Source: Mobula birostris
Taxonomy: Eukaryota
Direction of reading: 5' to 3'
Length of the DNA: 64,000 bases
NCBI RefSeq assembly: GCF_030028105.1
Contig: NC_092373.1
Coordinates: 89,095,288-89,159,287 of the forward strand
Shown here: positions 60,841 through 64,000 of the stretch, one piece after another
Layout of the letters: every line of letters begins with the position of its first letter
Numbering within the stretch: position 1 is the stretch's first letter
Made by a program: the position numbers and the translations under genes
Notes under the pieces: generated by a model
What the model was told of the DNA's origin: nothing
The model's input: only the letters and a program-made list of their open reading frames with translations
Database searches by the model: none

Positions 60841-62499
60841 ATACTGTTGATGGAGGTGGTGGTGCAATTTATTGAGACTCAGTTGGCATGGATTTATATC
60901 CAGGTCAGTATTGTGCTGCATGTTCTTGGAATTCTGCTGGGGATAGCCTTTACTGAGCTGGGGTTGGGGGAATTTGCAATCACTCTGCTTGGAGAATGGT
61001 ATGACCCCTGGGGGTGGTGTGCAATGAGCCAATCTGAAGGACCTTAATTAGAAGAAGATCTAAGTAAAGCACTGACCCAAGCTTAGAGTCATACAGTTAT
61101 ACAACACAAAAACAGCCCCTATGTCACAACTCATTCATGGCAACCAAGATACTCGTGTGGAAAAACACTCCACAGATCCCCTTTAGAAATGTTCCCTCAT
61201 AACCCTATCCTCCCTATTTTTTAGTTCCTCTCTCTTGGGGAAAAGGATTGTGCATTCACCTTGTCTATGCCTCTCATGATTTTGTACGCCTATAGTTTTA
61301 GATTCTACCCTGGGGCAGAAAACTGAATATCTATGTCATTTATTATTGTATAAACCTCTATTTCTCACCTCTCAGTCTCCTTCATTCCAGAGAACTAATC
61401 TATCATCTACCCTGTCCAAGCTCTCCTTAAAACTGAGGCCCCTTGTCCAAACAGGTGAGAACAGGTCATGTATTGGCTTAAAATACCATTGATTCAATAT
61501 TAGCTAAGGTGCTGAAAGCCACTGGTGAAGTGAATATTGTCATTGAAAAATAAAGTGCAGATCTCAACGCTAATAAAAGGATATCTTAAATGTTCTAAAT
61601 GGTTTGATTTTGTATCTGAGGTATTTGTGTCCTTTACTTGAAATTCAACTGTGTTCGGATCCCATGATGAAAATTTGAATGACCGGGACTACTAGGACAA
61701 TTGCCGAATCCAGTCAGATGAGGCACCAGTCGGCTCCCAGGGGACAGACTATTCAGCTGTTCACTGGTCTGGCACTATCCAATATTTCAGAACTTCATGG
61801 TGACGGCTGTGAAGCAGTCAGTGCTTAGTGGAACAACTTCACAGCTGACATTCATAGTCATAGAGTTGTACGGCACAGGAAAAAAAAGTCGTCAAATACC
61901 CTTCCGACTCCTCCCATTTACCAGCACTTGGTCTGTAGCCAATTATGCTACCGTGATTGTCTGCACACTCTGGTATAAGAAATCAATGGAAGCAGAGTGA
62001 ATACCTTTTTAATTTGAGAATACCTGCCTCCACCACATTCCCAGGCATTACATCCCAGACAGCAATCTCTCCCTGTATGAAAAGACTTTCCTCAGACCTC
62101 CCCTGAACCCTTTTATTTCTCACCTTTAACCTTTACACTCTAATGTTAGACATTGCTATTATGGTGAAACATTTCTCACTACCCACCCTATCTATGCCTC
62201 TATACCTCTGTCTACAAAGTTCTATAGATCTCTTGTTTCACAGTGCATCAGCACTGTTGAGTCTCTGAGGCATCAAAACTCCACTAATGCGTTGCTGGCC
62301 TGTCTTCAAATTACATTTTTTAAACTATCAATAAAATATTTTACAGCAATCGAGTAGAAAGAAGTGAGTGTCCAACGCAGTCGAATGAAGATAGTCTGGA
62401 AGCAGAATGTCATGTTGGAGAGATGAGTTGGAAGGTGATATGATGCCATGATATAAACCACAACAACATTGACCTGCACAGAGACTGCTTAACCTACCG

Positions 62500-63245
62500 A
62501 GTTCGTCCTCACCAGCGAATCTGTCGGAGTCATCTACTGTATCCAGTTCTCCAATCTGTACATCACAGAGACCAGACATGGTCTGGGGGACTGCTTTGTC
62601 AATCACCTTCACTCTGCCCACAACAGGCAGGATTTCCTGATGGCCAGCCATTTTAATTCCATTCTCCATTCCCATTCTGACTTGTTGATCCAAGGTCTCT
62701 TCTACTGCTACGATGAATCCACTTTCAAGTTTGAAGGAGCAACACCTCATAATCTGTCTGTGTAGCCTCCAACCTGACAGCATGAACATTGATTTGTCTA
62801 ACTTCTGGTAATTTCTGCCCTCCCCCTTTTCTCTTTTTTCCCACTCCCCACTCTGTCTCCCCTTTTATCCCTTCTCCTCACCCGAACATCACCTCCCTCT
62901 GGTGCCCCTCCTCCTTCCCTTTTTTCCATGGTCCACTCTCCTGGCCTATCAGAGTTCTTCTTCTTCCACCACCTCCCAGCTTCTCACTTTAGCCCACCTC
63001 CTCCCACCCACCTCTTTTGCCCCTCACCTAGCTTCGTTAATCACCTGCCAGCCTGTACACCTTTCCCTCCCCCACCTTCTTATCCTGGCTTCTTCCCCTC
63101 TCCTTTCCAGTCCTGATGAAGGGTCTCAGCCTGAAACATTGACTATTCATTCTTCTCCATAGAGCTGCCTGACCTGCTGAGTTCCTCCAGCACTTTGCGT
63201 TTGCTCCTCTAGATTTCCAGCAACTGCAAAATCCTCTGTGTTTAT
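62500..63245 (+). mobile_element. Penelope-like retroelement 3' part (GIY-YIG endonuclease remnant plus terminus)
   Basis: ESVGVIYCIQFSNLYITETRHGLGDCFVNHL (GIY-YIG); ASHFNS; KEQHLIICLCSLQPDSMNIDLSNF. Confidence 0.9.
63109..63144 (+). ncRNA. Minimal type I hammerhead ribozyme motif (best-preserved copy)
   Basis: AGTC-CTGATGA-AGG(GTCTCAG)CCT-GAAA-CA-TT-GACT: stems I and II pair and both core boxes are intact; stem III/cleavage site altered (CGTCG to CATTG is consistent with CpG decay). Confidence 0.65.
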
Positions 63246-64000
63246 AAACTCCTCCAATACTGCCAGTTCCTTTTTGGCTTTTTCATGATATAAACCAGTT
63301 AGGCCCATGGGGTACTGCTGTAAGATGCTGCCACCCAAACATTGAAAACATCTTGTTCCAGTGAATCAACAATATGAAAAACAAAAGAAACCTCACTGAT
63401 AGGATAAGTTCTAATGGTATTCCGTGCAGTTACAGTAGGTTTTTATTCTCTTCCTATTTGAATTGTTTGGCTTGCTGGCCATCATATCACCTTCCAGCTC
63501 AACATAATGTGCTTGTAATAGCCCATTAACACTCACCATATGAGATACATTTACTCTGTTCTACCCACCCTTCACAATCGTCTTTCTTATTGAAAGCTAA
63601 CTTGTATTTACCACATCCCCAGTACCAGTAAAGGGTTCCACATCTGGAATGTTAACTGCTTCTCCTTCCATACAGGCTGATTGCCCTGTTGAATATTTCC
63701 AGTACTTACTATCTTTATTACAGATTTCCAGCATCTGTAGTTGGTTTTAATTTCTGGAAGCCTGTTCCACCAGGCTGTGATGAAAGAACCTCTCTCCATC
63801 AAGTCTGATTAATTTCATATTCATATCCCCCAGTTTTCCATTCATTGTTGAACCTCATTATTAAATATATTTGGCAGTCATCTGTCCCCGGTTGCAAATG
63901 ACTGAGTCTCCTTCAGAGATAACCATCTCATTGAAAAGTATTGTTCTCCGATATGCATGTCGTGCTCACTGTTAAGTGATTAATTACAATAATTCTGCTG

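Noticed and set aside
1-64000. CRISPR arrays, operons, rRNA or other prokaryotic systems
   Set aside because: The sequence is a spliced vertebrate gene amid eukaryotic TEs; no regularly spaced repeat-spacer array or rRNA-like sequence was seen.

Overview
This is vertebrate genomic DNA, not prokaryotic. The repeat content (HE1-type V-SINEs sharing tails with CR1 LINEs, SacSINE/DeuSINE-like, Rex/Babar, Penelope-like, RTE) suggests a cartilaginous fish, probably a ray; that is an inference. The window holds the 3' two-thirds of glypican-1 (GPC1) on the + strand as six GT-AG exons with consistent phases: 20618-20783, 22089-22219, 27377-27508, 31016-31149, 38423-38598 and 47562-47782. Together they are 960 nt, 319 aa plus stop, and correspond to human exons 4-9. 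A ~4.5 kb TE-free 3' region follows. Most of the rest is nested transposon debris, and nearly all ORFs in the supplied track are spurious or TE fragments. I cannot demonstrate a clearly new biological system. The most interesting items are: (i) decayed minimal hammerhead ribozymes in Penelope-like termini, three of them in GPC1 introns in the sense orientation; (ii) GPC1 exon 8, which has a weak AC-rich acceptor and is bracketed by inverted repeats, and whose skipping would create an immediate stop (a putative GPI-less, HS-less isoform); (iii) a composite hAT-type MITE carrying Tc1 sequence and sharing its arms with a Tigger element; (iv) several bipartite, internally deleted LINE derivatives; (v) a possible convergent terminal exon on the - strand near 50.3-50.4 kb. 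TE boundaries without a stated TSD are approximate and were read by eye.
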